This document shows, one piece after another, positions 17,607-28,042 of a stretch of 64,000 nucleotides of DNA. The DNA is taken from contig CAZJDZ010000002.1 of the NCBI GenBank assembly GCA_964544935.1, positions 30,668 to 94,667 on the forward strand, read 5' to 3'. Position 1 is the stretch's first letter. The number at the start of each line of letters is the position of its first letter. The notes beneath the pieces were generated by a model. The model was not told the origin of the DNA, made no database searches, and saw nothing but the letters and a program-made list of their open reading frames with translations. The position numbers were made by a program, and so were the translations under genes. The stretch is from an uncultured Candidatus Saccharibacteria bacterium (GTDB taxonomy: Bacteria > Patescibacteriota > Minisyncoccia > Phycocordibacterales > UBA5272).

Positions 17607-19259
17607 ATGACAAAAATATACATATACGATACACAAGCACCAGAAAAAGTTTTTTTTGATACAGCGCTTGCCTCGCTTAATCCTGTGTATGTAGAAAGTC
17701 CTATCTCTCAAGAAACTATTTCTCCTGACGCAGAGATTATCTCTGTTTTTGTTTCAAGTAAAGTAACAAGAGAGTTCATGGACATGATGCCTAATCTCAA
17801 GCTCATTGCTACACGGTCAACAGGATTTGATCATATTGATGTGGCTGCAGCAGAAGAAAAAGGGATCACTGTTGTTTTTGTGCCAAGTTATGGAGAACAT
17901 ACTGTGGCAGAATATGCTTTTGGCTTACTACTTGGTCTATCTCGAAGAATTCCAGAAGCAGTTGCTCTTATTAAAGAGACTTCATTTGTTGATCATAAAC
18001 TAGTTAGAGGATTTGATCTTTTTGGAAAAACGCTTGGTGTCGTTGGTGCAGGGAGAATCGGTAAAAAAATGATAACTATTGCAAAAGGTTTTGGAATGAA
18101 TGTTGTTGTGTATGATCCTTTTCAGGATCCTGTGGCTGCTCAGCAGTTAGGGTTTACATATGTATCAATTGAAGAACTGTGTATAACAGCAGATGCAATT
18201 ACGCTCCATATGCCGGCGACAGCAGAGAATTATCATCTTTTTAATCGTGAAGCATTTAGTAAGATGAAACAAGGTGTGTATATTATTAATACATCCCGTG
18301 GAGAGTTGATTGATACACAAGCACTCATTGAAGCACTCAAAGAAGGAAAAGTGGGTGGGGCAGGGCTTGATGTATGTGAAGGTGAAGAGCTTCTCAAGAA
18401 GAGTTCTTCAGTTGATATTTTTACACAAGAGAATAATGCTGATACGCTAAAGTATTCTGTTGAAATTTCTATGTTAAAAGAAATGCATAATGTGCTTCTT
18501 ACTCCACATATTGCTTATAATACAGTAGAAGCGCTTCTTAGAATTTGTGCAACTACTAGCGAGAATATCTATGGGTTTTTAGGAGGGAATGTTATAAACC
18601 CAGTAGGAAAAGTGAAAAAAGTTTTTGGTAAATTGATTCTTGTTCGTCATACAGAGTCAGAATGGAATGCAAAAGGAATTTGGACAGGAAGTCGAGATGC
18701 GCATCTAACAGATAAAGGATTTGAAGATGCAAGACTTCTCGGAGAATTGATTATAGATGTTCATATTGATCATGCATACGCTTCGCTTCAAGTAAGAACT
18801 ATGGAGACACTTTCTTCTATGCTTGGGACTATGCGACAGCCTACAGTTTCAATTACTCGTGATCAGGTTTTGAACGAACGAGATTATGGAGAATATACAG
18901 GAAAGAATAAACATGACATGAAAGAGCTTCTAGGTGAAGAGATGTTTGAAAAAGTGAGACGTGGATGGGATGTACCTATTCCTTCTGGTGAGACCTTAAA
19001 AATGGTTAATGAACGTGTCGTACCTTATTATCTTTCAAATATTCTTCCGCGTATTAAGAATGGTGAGAATGTGCTTGTTGTGTCTCATGGGAATGCGTTG
19101 CGTGCTCTTATTAAGTACATTGAATCTCTTTCTGATGAAGCGATTGAAAATACAGAGATGATGTTTGGGGGTGTTGTTATATATACAATAAATGAAGAAG
19201 GAAAATCTCTCGCTAAAGAAGAGAAAAAAACTGCTTCTGTATCATACGACCATGTTTAG
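17607..19259 (+). CDS. fusion: D-2-hydroxyacid (D-lactate-like) dehydrogenase + 2,3-BPG-dependent phosphoglycerate mutase
   Basis: N-terminal RSTGFDHID, GAGRIG, NTSRG, TPHIAYNT; C-terminal LVRHTESEWN, LNERDYG, GETLK, SHGNALR. Confidence 0.9.
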   Translation: MTKIYIYDTQAPEKVFFDTALASLNPVYVESPISQETISPDAEIISVFVSSKVTREFMDMMPNLKLIATRSTGFDHIDVAAAEEKGITVVFVPSYGEHTVAEYAFGLLLGLSRRIPEAVALIKETSFVDHKLVRGFDLFGKTLGVVGAGRIGKKMITIAKGFGMNVVVYDPFQDPVAAQQLGFTYVSIEELCITADAITLHMPATAENYHLFNREAFSKMKQGVYIINTSRGELIDTQALIEALKEGKVGGAGLDVCEGEELLKKSSSVDIFTQENNADTLKYSVEISMLKEMHNVLLTPHIAYNTVEALLRICATTSENIYGFLGGNVINPVGKVKKVFGKLILVRHTESEWNAKGIWTGSRDAHLTDKGFEDARLLGELIIDVHIDHAYASLQVRTMETLSSMLGTMRQPTVSITRDQVLNERDYGEYTGKNKHDMKELLGEEMFEKVRRGWDVPIPSGETLKMVNERVVPYYLSNILPRIKNGENVLVVSHGNALRALIKYIESLSDEAIENTEMMFGGVVIYTINEEGKSLAKEEKKTASVSYDHV

Positions 19260-20283
19260 TCTACATAACACAAAACCAAGAATTGTTGCAACACTTGGCC
19301 CAAGTAGCGAAGCACTAGAAGTGTTGACTGACATGGTGGTACACGGAATGAGCATCACACGGTTTAACTTTAGTCATGGAGATCACGAGGCACAAGCAAA
19401 AAGATTTGAGACACTTAAGCAAGTGACGAGTGCTACAGGGGCCACGGTACATACATTTGCAGACCTTTCCGGCCCTAAGGTCCGTATTGGGCAGCTTGAA
19501 GCAAGTTCTTATGAACTTCTTGAAGGAGATACTTTTGTTTTGACTACACGTACTTTAGTAGGAACACAAGGTATCGCATCGGTTCAGTTTGAAGAATTTA
19601 TTGTGGGAATGGTGCCCCAGATGCAAATACTTATTGATGATGGAAGAATTGAACTTGAGGTTACGGAAGTCCATGAGACTGATGTGGTTACTCGAATAGT
19701 GCGAGGTGGAACTCTTTTTCCTGAAAAAGGAGTAAATATTCCTCATGGACTTACTGCGCTTGGGAGTCTTACAGATAAAGACAGAGCAGATATGGTTTTT
19801 GCTATCAAAACTGGATATGATGCAGTTGCGCTTTCTTTTGTGCGCAAAAAAGAAGATATAGAAGAAGCAAGGTCACACATGATGGAGCATGGAGGAAAAA
19901 TTGTGCCCATTATTGCAAAGCTTGAAACAAGACAGGCGATGGCCAACCTAGAGAGTATTATAGAGGCTGCAGATGTTGTTATGGTTGCACGTGGTGACTT
20001 AGGGGTGGAAGTTGGCATTGCACATGTTCCAATGTATCAAAAAGAAATATGTGAAATTGCAAAGAAGTATAACAAGCCTGTAATCGTAGCAACACAAATG
20101 CTTGAATCAATGGTAGAGTCTCCTGTCCCAACACGAGCAGAAGTAAGCGATGTGGTTAATGCTGTTTTAGATGGGGCATCATATGTCATGCTCTCTGACG
20201 AAACAACAATTGGCAAACACCCGGTGGAGTGCGTGCAGACACTTGCTTCAATTCTCAAAGAGTATAAAGTTGATTCAATCTAG
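19252..20283 (+). CDS. pyk: pyruvate kinase (lacks C-terminal domain)
   Basis: ATLGPSS, RFNFSHG, DLSGPKVR, MVARGDLG, ATQMLESM, PTRAE; start overlaps the upstream stop. Confidence 0.95.
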   Translation: MFSLHNTKPRIVATLGPSSEALEVLTDMVVHGMSITRFNFSHGDHEAQAKRFETLKQVTSATGATVHTFADLSGPKVRIGQLEASSYELLEGDTFVLTTRTLVGTQGIASVQFEEFIVGMVPQMQILIDDGRIELEVTEVHETDVVTRIVRGGTLFPEKGVNIPHGLTALGSLTDKDRADMVFAIKTGYDAVALSFVRKKEDIEEARSHMMEHGGKIVPIIAKLETRQAMANLESIIEAADVVMVARGDLGVEVGIAHVPMYQKEICEIAKKYNKPVIVATQMLESMVESPVPTRAEVSDVVNAVLDGASYVMLSDETTIGKHPVECVQTLASILKEYKVDSI

Positions 20284-20356
20284 AATTAGTATTGTAAGGA
20301 ATAGATTCATACAAGAAGTTGTAGTTTTTTTAAGTGATATACTTTACTGTAATTAT

Positions 20357-20896
20357 ATGAAAAAAAGTTTACTCGTTGCAGGTGGATGTTTCTGGTGTGT
20401 TGAACATGATTTACGTGAAGCATCAGGGGTAACAAAAGTTATTTCAGGATATTCTGGTGGTGATAGCACTAATCCAACATACGAAGATCATACAGGTCAT
20501 CGAGAGGTTGTTCTTGTTGAATATGATGATACAAAAACAACGTATAAAAAATTACTACAGTTTTTTATTGATCACATTGATCCAACTGATACAGGCGGTC
20601 AGTTTGGTGATCGTGGAGAAAGTTATAAGACCGCAATGTACTATGAAAATGATGAAGAACAAATGATTGCAAGAGGAGTGCTTAAAGAATTACAGGAAAG
20701 TGGTGTCTATGCTAAACCTGTTACCGTTGATATTGTGCCAAGAAAAAAGTTTTATCAAGCAGAAGAGTATCATCAAAACTATGCAGATAAAAATCCATTA
20801 AGGTACAGTCTTTATAGACAAGGTTCAGGAAGAGAAGATTTTGTAAATACAACATGTGCAATTCGAGATGAAAAGAAGGTTATATGGAAGGAGTAG
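20357..20896 (+). CDS. msrA: peptide-methionine (S)-S-oxide reductase
   Basis: AGGCFWC, GYSGG, DPTD.GGQF.DRG..Y, AEEYHQNY. Confidence 0.95.
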   Translation: MKKSLLVAGGCFWCVEHDLREASGVTKVISGYSGGDSTNPTYEDHTGHREVVLVEYDDTKTTYKKLLQFFIDHIDPTDTGGQFGDRGESYKTAMYYENDEEQMIARGVLKELQESGVYAKPVTVDIVPRKKFYQAEEYHQNYADKNPLRYSLYRQGSGREDFVNTTCAIRDEKKVIWKE

Positions 20897-20990
20897 TCAG
20901 TTTATTTTTGACATTTTATTACATGTAGTGCAGTGTTTTCATTTTATAAAAATGCTTGACAAGCAAAAATCAAACGTATACTATTAGAAC

Positions 20991-21159
20991 ATACTATAGT
21001 GAAGACAAAGACTCGTATACCCGCCATTTGGACGCTAGGGATACGAAGAGTCAGTAGCGTAACCGGTCACTTGAGATAGTCATAATTGTTTGTTATGAGT
21101 ATCTCTCTCACATGATCCAAACGCCCTTCACGAGGGCGTTTCTTGTCTTACAACTATAG
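20991..21159 (+). ncRNA. candidate structured small RNA / leader
   Basis: Promoter TTGACA(20956)-N17-TACTAT; three hairpins plus complementary ends; no ORF. Confidence 0.45.
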
Positions 21160-21328
21160 GGTTTACAGGTTCTTTTTAAAAAAGTAGTTCTTTTATGGAA
21201 TAAGGCAATATTTCCTAGGAAAAATTTTGTCCCATACAGATGTCCTTTATCATAAGACCAAACCAGAAATGGTTGTGGTGTGTAAGTAGTATCTTTATTA
21301 TTAATCCTTTTAATCTAATTCTAAAGAT

Positions 21329-24300
21329 ATGAAAGCAAATCCATTTTTGATTACGCAAAATCAACAATCCCCCCATGTAAATTTGTATAGGACAAAAAGA
21401 AATAGAATATTGTCTTTTATACAAATATGTGTACTCTTCGTAGCCCCTCTCTTTACAGGAGGTGTGCAGTCTGTTTTTGCAGAAGGAGAGGCAACACCTG
21501 TTATTAGTTTTTCTCAAGTTTCTGATATAGCTATTCCAGCAACAGATACTTCTGGTGCAATTGTTAGTTATACTGCTCCAACTGCATCTGAATATGATGA
21601 AACTTCAGGAAACACAAACAATCTTCCTGTTGCTTGTATTCCAGATACTGGAACATTGTTTTCGATGGGCTCTACTTCTGTTACTTGTACAGCAACAAGT
21701 CAAATAGATAGTGGAATCACCTCATCAGTGTCTTTTACTGTTGCTGTTGCGGATATGAACGCTCCAGTAATTACCATCACCGGATCTTCATCAGAAACGC
21801 TTACTGTTGGTGACATATTTGTTGACCAAGGAGCAACAGCACTTGATGATGTTGACGGAGACGTTACTAGCTCTATTACAAGTTCAAGTACTGTGGATAC
21901 AGCAATGATTGGATCATATGCTGTTACATATGCTGTCTCTGATATAGCGGGTAATATGTCATCTCTTGTTCGAAGTGTTGAAGTTGTAGCTTCTTCTTCA
22001 GATAACCAAGCAACATCCACAGTTGATATTTTCTCTTCAGTTAATGGCATGGGAGATATTACTCCCAACGGAACAACAACTCTAAATCTTGGAGATTCAC
22101 AAACATACACAATAACACCTCAAGATGGTTATAAAATAGACAAGCTTGTTATTGATGGACAGGATACTAATGCTACAACAAGTTATACATTTGCCTCGAC
22201 TACAGAAAGTCACACTATAACAGCTTTCTTTTCACCGATAAGTCAAGGAGGTGGAGGAGGTTCCCAAGATGTTCCACCAGTAGGCCCAACTACTGCATCA
22301 AGCTCAACTCATGTAATAAATGCTACAAGTAGTGTTCATGATATTAGTGTTGAATGGGACATGGCGACAGGAACACTTCCAGTTAGTGGTTACTCGTATA
22401 TTTTTGACAGCAGTGCATCTAGTTCACCTGATGCAGTTATTGATACTGACGGTCTATTTGCTACAAGTACTCTCGCAGATGGGGAGTGGTACTTCCATGT
22501 TCAAGCAATTGATAGTAATGGAAATATAGGAATTGTTCTTAGTGTTGGTCCATATATCATTCAAACTGACTCAACTTCGACTGACACCACTTCTCCAACT
22601 ACACCTGTACCAACAGTTGTACAAACAGGATCAAGTACAGCCACACTCTCGTGGACTACATCTACTGATGATGTTGCTGTTGTCTCATACCTCTATGGAT
22701 TCTCTACATCATCTGACACACTTCCTACCACACTTGTCTCTGGCACAACAACATCAGTTGATGTGACTCTAGAAGACGGTATCTGGTATGCATCCGTACA
22801 AGCAGTTGATGCTGCAGGGAATGCTTCTCTTGTTGGAACAACAACAAGTTTGGTTGTGGATACGGGAAGACCAGTGATTACCCTAAACGGTACTTCAACA
22901 GTTACACTCTACCTCCATGATTCCTACACAGAACAAGGAGCAACTGCATTTGATGATATCTATGGAGACATAACTTCATCAATACAAATGCTTGGTAGTG
23001 TTGATACAGACACAGTAGGTGATTACACCATTACGTATGTTGTTACTGATGCTTCAGGAAACATTGCAAATCCTGTTGTGCGTACCATTCATGTGATTGC
23101 AGACACCACTTCTCCAACTACACCTGTACCAACAGTTGTACAAACAGGATCAAGTACAGCCACACTCTCGTGGACTACATCTACTGATGATGTTGCTGTT
23201 GTCTCATACCTCTATGGATTCTCTACATCATCTGACACACTTCCTACCACACTTGTCTCTGGCACAACAACATCAGTTGATGTGACTCTAGAAGACGGTA
23301 TCTGGTATGCATCCGTACAAGCAGTTGATGCTGCAGGGAATGCTTCTCTTGTTGGAACAACAACAAGTTTGGTTGTGGATACGGGAGCTCCAACTGCAGT
23401 AACAAACATCAGTGGATCAGTTCCTTTGTCTTTACCGACAGATACTCATGATATTACTGTTACATGGAGTCCTTCGTTCGATGGTATTTCGGGAATACAA
23501 GGGTACTCATTTGTTTTTGATACAAATAGTAGTACCACTCCTGACGGTATTATTGATGTAGCCACAACAAGTGCGGCAGTAACGCTACCGTATGGGACAT
23601 ATTACTTCCATGTAAGATCAGTTGATGTTTTGGGGAATGTTTCAGCAGTAGAGCATTATGGGCCATTTGTTTTATCAGAAACAAATATTACCATTACTGA
23701 TTCGACATATAACGGTACATATTATTCATTCTATTCACCTACTAGACAAGAAGGAATAGATCTTGGAATTACGGGAGATACACGTATTAGTAATTCTGTT
23801 ATCAGTAGTTCTACCGTTGCTAGTTCAGAGATAGCTTCAAGTACTGTTACTGATAGTGAAGTAGTAGACTCTGTCATTTCGGGAGCATCTATTGTAAGCA
23901 GTATTCTTCGGTTTCTTAATGGAGTTAACGCAGTAATACAGAATAATCTTGTTACATCCGGTACCTTTATTTTGCCAACAGGGAATGCTTACACTGTAAC
24001 AACCCCAGTTGCAGTTGATGAGATTGCTAATGATAAACCGCAAGCTGGGTTTAGTGTATCTGGGTATGATTATAGCTTGCACTTCAAAGATACTAGTTAT
24101 GATAGAGATGAAAACGAAGGAGTCTTTAACGATAGATGGACCATCTTTATAGATTTTGGAGATGGTACAACATTCTCAACGACTACGAGTACTTTGGGAC
24201 TGACAATCGATCACACATATGCACGATCTATTCAGTACAATGTACTCTACCGAGTTACAGATATACAAGGAGAGTCCTCGTCTGTAACACAGGCTATAAC

Positions 24301-24685
24301 GTTAGCATTTCCATCACCTCCATCGGTGTATACAATAGGAGGTGGAGGAGGATGGTTTTCTTCAGATGTTTGGTTTAAACCTGAGAACGCCACAACGTCT
24401 CCTATGGTTCTTGAAGAAAAAAATCTACCAGCTACTTCTACGCTACAGATCGTAACAAAAAGTAAGATGGGGAATGTGCGAAATAAAGTAACTTCTCTGC
24501 GAACAAAAGTTATGGCAGTATCTAATCCAACAAAACACTCATCTGATTTGTATGCAAATGCATCAACTCCAAAAGAGAATGGTACAGATACAGTAAGTGC
24601 TGTGGCTCCCGGAGTGACTACAAAAACATCTTCAAACTTTTTCCTAAAAGTTTTAGGAAAAGTAAAGAGTTTCTTGGGATTCTAA
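21329..24685 (+). CDS. large Ser/Thr-rich surface protein with Ig-like repeats (HYR/DUF5011-like, FnIII-like, PKD-like)
   Basis: Signal/TM segment, GATALDD.DGD.T, YTITYVVTD.SGN, W...V.AVD.AGN and IDFGDG..HTY motifs. Confidence 0.85.
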   Translation: MKANPFLITQNQQSPHVNLYRTKRNRILSFIQICVLFVAPLFTGGVQSVFAEGEATPVISFSQVSDIAIPATDTSGAIVSYTAPTASEYDETSGNTNNLPVACIPDTGTLFSMGSTSVTCTATSQIDSGITSSVSFTVAVADMNAPVITITGSSSETLTVGDIFVDQGATALDDVDGDVTSSITSSSTVDTAMIGSYAVTYAVSDIAGNMSSLVRSVEVVASSSDNQATSTVDIFSSVNGMGDITPNGTTTLNLGDSQTYTITPQDGYKIDKLVIDGQDTNATTSYTFASTTESHTITAFFSPISQGGGGGSQDVPPVGPTTASSSTHVINATSSVHDISVEWDMATGTLPVSGYSYIFDSSASSSPDAVIDTDGLFATSTLADGEWYFHVQAIDSNGNIGIVLSVGPYIIQTDSTSTDTTSPTTPVPTVVQTGSSTATLSWTTSTDDVAVVSYLYGFSTSSDTLPTTLVSGTTTSVDVTLEDGIWYASVQAVDAAGNASLVGTTTSLVVDTGRPVITLNGTSTVTLYLHDSYTEQGATAFDDIYGDITSSIQMLGSVDTDTVGDYTITYVVTDASGNIANPVVRTIHVIADTTSPTTPVPTVVQTGSSTATLSWTTSTDDVAVVSYLYGFSTSSDTLPTTLVSGTTTSVDVTLEDGIWYASVQAVDAAGNASLVGTTTSLVVDTGAPTAVTNISGSVPLSLPTDTHDITVTWSPSFDGISGIQGYSFVFDTNSSTTPDGIIDVATTSAAVTLPYGTYYFHVRSVDVLGNVSAVEHYGPFVLSETNITITDSTYNGTYYSFYSPTRQEGIDLGITGDTRISNSVISSSTVASSEIASSTVTDSEVVDSVISGASIVSSILRFLNGVNAVIQNNLVTSGTFILPTGNAYTVTTPVAVDEIANDKPQAGFSVSGYDYSLHFKDTSYDRDENEGVFNDRWTIFIDFGDGTTFSTTTSTLGLTIDHTYARSIQYNVLYRVTDIQGESSSVTQAITLAFPSPPSVYTIGGGGGWFSSDVWFKPENATTSPMVLEEKNLPATSTLQIVTKSKMGNVRNKVTSLRTKVMAVSNPTKHSSDLYANASTPKENGTDTVSAVAPGVTTKTSSNFFLKVLGKVKSFLGF
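22583..23386 (+). repeat. 285-bp intragenic duplication (22583-22867 = 23102-23386)
   Basis: Sequences read identical; offset 519 bp (in frame). Confidence 0.92.
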
Positions 24686-24748
24686 AGAGCGTATAAAAAA
24701 ACAAAAAACACTTGAAATACCAAGTGTTTTTTGTTTTTTTATACACAT

Positions 24749-25228
24749 TTATTTTTTATAGTAATGTAAGTGTTTAAATATTTTGAGAATAAGGATTGTA
24801 GAGAAAATTCCAATTAAACCTCCCGCCATAATATCTATAGAATAATGTGCATGTAAATATATTCGTGAATAACTTACTAGCACAAACCATCCTGTTGCGA
24901 GTGTATAAAGTGTTCTCTTCAGTATTTTATTTTTTATATGAAGGTGAACATAATGAATACTAAGTGACATGACCACTGCGGCCATAGTTGCATGTCCTGA
25001 AGGGAAGCGATAATCATGTTCAGTAACAAGCATATTTAATGGGCGAGGAACTTGTAAAAGGTATTTAAGTGTATAGGTAATACACATGGCAAGTACAGTT
25101 GTAAAAAATACTTTATAAAATTCTTTACTATCATGAAAAATGTAAAGTGCTATAGCGACACTGCACAACGCAATACACATAGGTATTGGCCCTGATATTT
25201 GCGAAATAAAAATTTGAAAAGTAAACAT
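24749..25228 (-). CDS. PAP2-family phosphatase
   Basis: K....VPRP, FPSGHA and SRIYLHAHY motifs. Confidence 0.9.
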   Translation of the reverse strand: MFTFQIFISQISGPIPMCIALCSVAIALYIFHDSKEFYKVFFTTVLAMCITYTLKYLLQVPRPLNMLVTEHDYRFPSGHATMAAVVMSLSIHYVHLHIKNKILKRTLYTLATGWFVLVSYSRIYLHAHYSIDIMAGGLIGIFSTILILKIFKHLHYYKK

Positions 25229-25321
25229 GTTTATAAGCTGTAGAGTAGAAGCGCTTTTGTGTATGTGATTAGTATATACAATTATATTCTTTATTTACTA
25301 ATTGGTGATATACTTGTGTAC

Positions 25322-26026
25322 ATGAAGAAGAAAGTAATGCTCACTGTTATTGTGCTCGTTATTCTCGTTGGAGGGGTTATCGTTATTCGTCAGCACCCAC
25401 TTGAAGAAAAACTTAAAGTCTTCCAAATTATCAAAAAACCAACAACATCTACAGCTGTGTTTACTTGCGCAGATAAAAAAAACATCAAAACTGTTTTTTA
25501 TAAAGATAGTGTCGATCTCACTCTAAGTGATGCGCGGCACATGGTTTTGCCACAGGCTACTTCTGCCTCAGGAGCAAGATATGCCAACAAGGACGAGTCA
25601 TTTGTTTTTTGGAATAAAGGAAATACCGCTTTTATTGAAGAAGGTTCCTTAACTACATTCAAAGAATGTGTAACATCCGGTTTTCAAGCAGAAATGCCAT
25701 CACCTAGTATACAGGTTAGTGATGCAGCATCACTTAATTGTGTCAAAGTAGGAGGTCATGTTTCTTTTATGGAAAAAGAAGACGGCACTCAGTATTCATT
25801 GTGTTACTTTGAAGAGAATCGAGCATGTGAAGTTGGTGCACTTATGCGAGATGAATGTCCTGTTGGGGGTAGAAAAACAATAGGTTTTGATACGATTGAC
25901 CAGAAATATTGCGCATGGCTTGGTGGGGAGACATTGGCAACGGAAAACTCTGTATGTACATTTGTAGGTGGCTCTACTTGCACAACAAAGGAATTGTATA
26001 ATGGTACATGTGTGCCTAAAAAATAG
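25322..26026 (+). CDS. MliC-like + DUF333-like exported protein
   Basis: SASGARY..FWNKG (MliC); AAS..C.K.GG.....C (DUF333); N-terminal TM. Confidence 0.75.
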   Translation: MKKKVMLTVIVLVILVGGVIVIRQHPLEEKLKVFQIIKKPTTSTAVFTCADKKNIKTVFYKDSVDLTLSDARHMVLPQATSASGARYANKDESFVFWNKGNTAFIEEGSLTTFKECVTSGFQAEMPSPSIQVSDAASLNCVKVGGHVSFMEKEDGTQYSLCYFEENRACEVGALMRDECPVGGRKTIGFDTIDQKYCAWLGGETLATENSVCTFVGGSTCTTKELYNGTCVPKK

Positions 26027-26182
26027 ATTTTGCTTATTTTTGTAATAAATGGAGCGCAATGTATGTATTAGAAGTAATACCTTTAAGATTTGCTGTGTAC
26101 TCTGTGCTGTATCAAATATAAGAAATAGATAAACAGTAGAGACAGTCCATGAAAATGATTTTATAAAAAATATTTACAAATT

Positions 26183-28036
26183 ATGAAAAAACGTATTTCT
26201 GATAGTGTTCAAAAAGTAGTTCCGCTTATTGCAAATCTGTACACAAAGGCATTAGATCATAAAAAAATTTCTACGGGAGTTATCCTCCTTCTTATCGGAG
26301 GTGCATATTACTTTTCTTTGAGCGCAACAGAAGCATCTGTTACATATCAGTATGTAACTGTAAAACGTGGCTCAATGAGCACAACTGTTTCAGCTACTGG
26401 TCAAGTTGCTCCAACAAGTCAAGTTGACCTAAAGCCAAAAGTAAACGCAAGCGTAACAGGTGTATATGTTAAGGCAGGAGATAGAGTAAAAACAGGGCAA
26501 CTACTTTTTAGACTTGATGCAACTGATGCATATAGGCAAGTTCGTGACGCTAAGACATCACTTCAGTCAGCAGAAATTACTCTTGAAAAACTTCGTAACC
26601 CAAAATCAATTGATATTATGTCTATTGAAGATTTGATTAAACAAGAAGAAGATTCTCAAATAACCAATAATCAAAAAGTAGAAACTGCGCGTAACACACT
26701 CTTAAGTACAGGTCTTCAAGCGCTTCCAGAAGTTGCATATACAACAGAAACAGCCCCAACTCTTACAGGGAACTATACTCTTGATATCGAAGGCAACATC
26801 AAAATTGTTGTATATCAAGGAGGGAACTCAGGATATAGTTTTAGTTATTCTGGTGTTGCAAACGGTGTTGGGGAAGTAAATGCAACCGTGGCACAACCTC
26901 TTGGAACAACTGGTTTATATATTAAATGGAATAGCAGTACCCCTCAAACTAATTGGATTATTAGTATTCCAAACAAGCAATCAACAAGTTATCTTTCAAA
27001 TTACAATGCTTGGCAAAATGCTGTTGCGAATAGAGATATTGCTAATGCTGCGTCTAGTAGAAACATTACAAGTCTTAAACAAAAACTTGCAGATCTCACA
27101 CCGGACGATAATGATCTTGATGTAAGAACTGCACTTCTTACAGTTACACAAAGACAAAATGCGCTAGCAGATGCACAGCAGTCACTTTCTGATTATACAA
27201 TTACAGCACCGTTTGATGGAGTTATGGCAACTGTTTCTGGAGACATTGGCGTCTCCGCAGTGATGGCATCATCAAATAGTAGTACTGCACTTGGTACTAT
27301 TGTTACTGATAAAAAAATAGCTCAAATTACTTTAAATGAAGCAGATGTTGTAAAAGTGCGCCTGGGTCAAAAAGCAAATGTTGTATTTGATGCAATCGAC
27401 GGACTTACTGTTGAAGGTACAGTAGTTGAAATTAATACATTAGGGACAGTAACCCAAGGGGTTGTAACTTATAAAGTAAAAGTTGCATTTAGTAGTGATG
27501 ATGTAAGAATATTGCCAAATATGAGTGTTTCTGTAGATATCATAACTGATAGCAAGGATGATGTTCTCTATCTTCCAAATCAAGCAATTAAGCATGATGC
27601 TGCCGGATATTATGTGGAAGAAGATACTACAACTCCTGTGCTTACTCCGTTACAAAAATTTAGGAATGCTTCGTCAACAGTTGATAAAGAGTTTGCTTCA
27701 TCTTCAAAACACCTCCTCCCTACTTCAGTGTCATCTTCAAGTTTTGTAAGAAATGGTATGGGTTCTTCAACTCGTAAAAGAGTACAAGGAAATGATATAT
27801 CGTCTTTACAGTCTCAAGTAATTATTCCATCGGGAACAGTGCTCACAAGAATACCGGTAACCATAGGAATGCAAAGTGATATAGTTACAGAAGTGGTTTC
27901 TGGATTACAAGAAGGTGAAAGAGTGCTTGGCAAGAAAACAATTACACAGACAACGGGAGGTGCAGCAGCTCCGTCGATTACGTCACTCTTTAGGCCGCAA
28001 GGACAGGGAACAGGAAGAGCCCTTCGTGCTCAATAA
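26183..28036 (+). CDS. efflux periplasmic adaptor (MacA/HlyD-like)
   Basis: VKAGDRVKTGQLL, ITAPFDG, ILPNMS, SGLQEGE. Confidence 0.88.
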   Translation: MKKRISDSVQKVVPLIANLYTKALDHKKISTGVILLLIGGAYYFSLSATEASVTYQYVTVKRGSMSTTVSATGQVAPTSQVDLKPKVNASVTGVYVKAGDRVKTGQLLFRLDATDAYRQVRDAKTSLQSAEITLEKLRNPKSIDIMSIEDLIKQEEDSQITNNQKVETARNTLLSTGLQALPEVAYTTETAPTLTGNYTLDIEGNIKIVVYQGGNSGYSFSYSGVANGVGEVNATVAQPLGTTGLYIKWNSSTPQTNWIISIPNKQSTSYLSNYNAWQNAVANRDIANAASSRNITSLKQKLADLTPDDNDLDVRTALLTVTQRQNALADAQQSLSDYTITAPFDGVMATVSGDIGVSAVMASSNSSTALGTIVTDKKIAQITLNEADVVKVRLGQKANVVFDAIDGLTVEGTVVEINTLGTVTQGVVTYKVKVAFSSDDVRILPNMSVSVDIITDSKDDVLYLPNQAIKHDAAGYYVEEDTTTPVLTPLQKFRNASSTVDKEFASSSKHLLPTSVSSSSFVRNGMGSSTRKRVQGNDISSLQSQVIIPSGTVLTRIPVTIGMQSDIVTEVVSGLQEGERVLGKKTITQTTGGAAAPSITSLFRPQGQGTGRALRAQ

Positions 28037-28042
28037 GTTACT

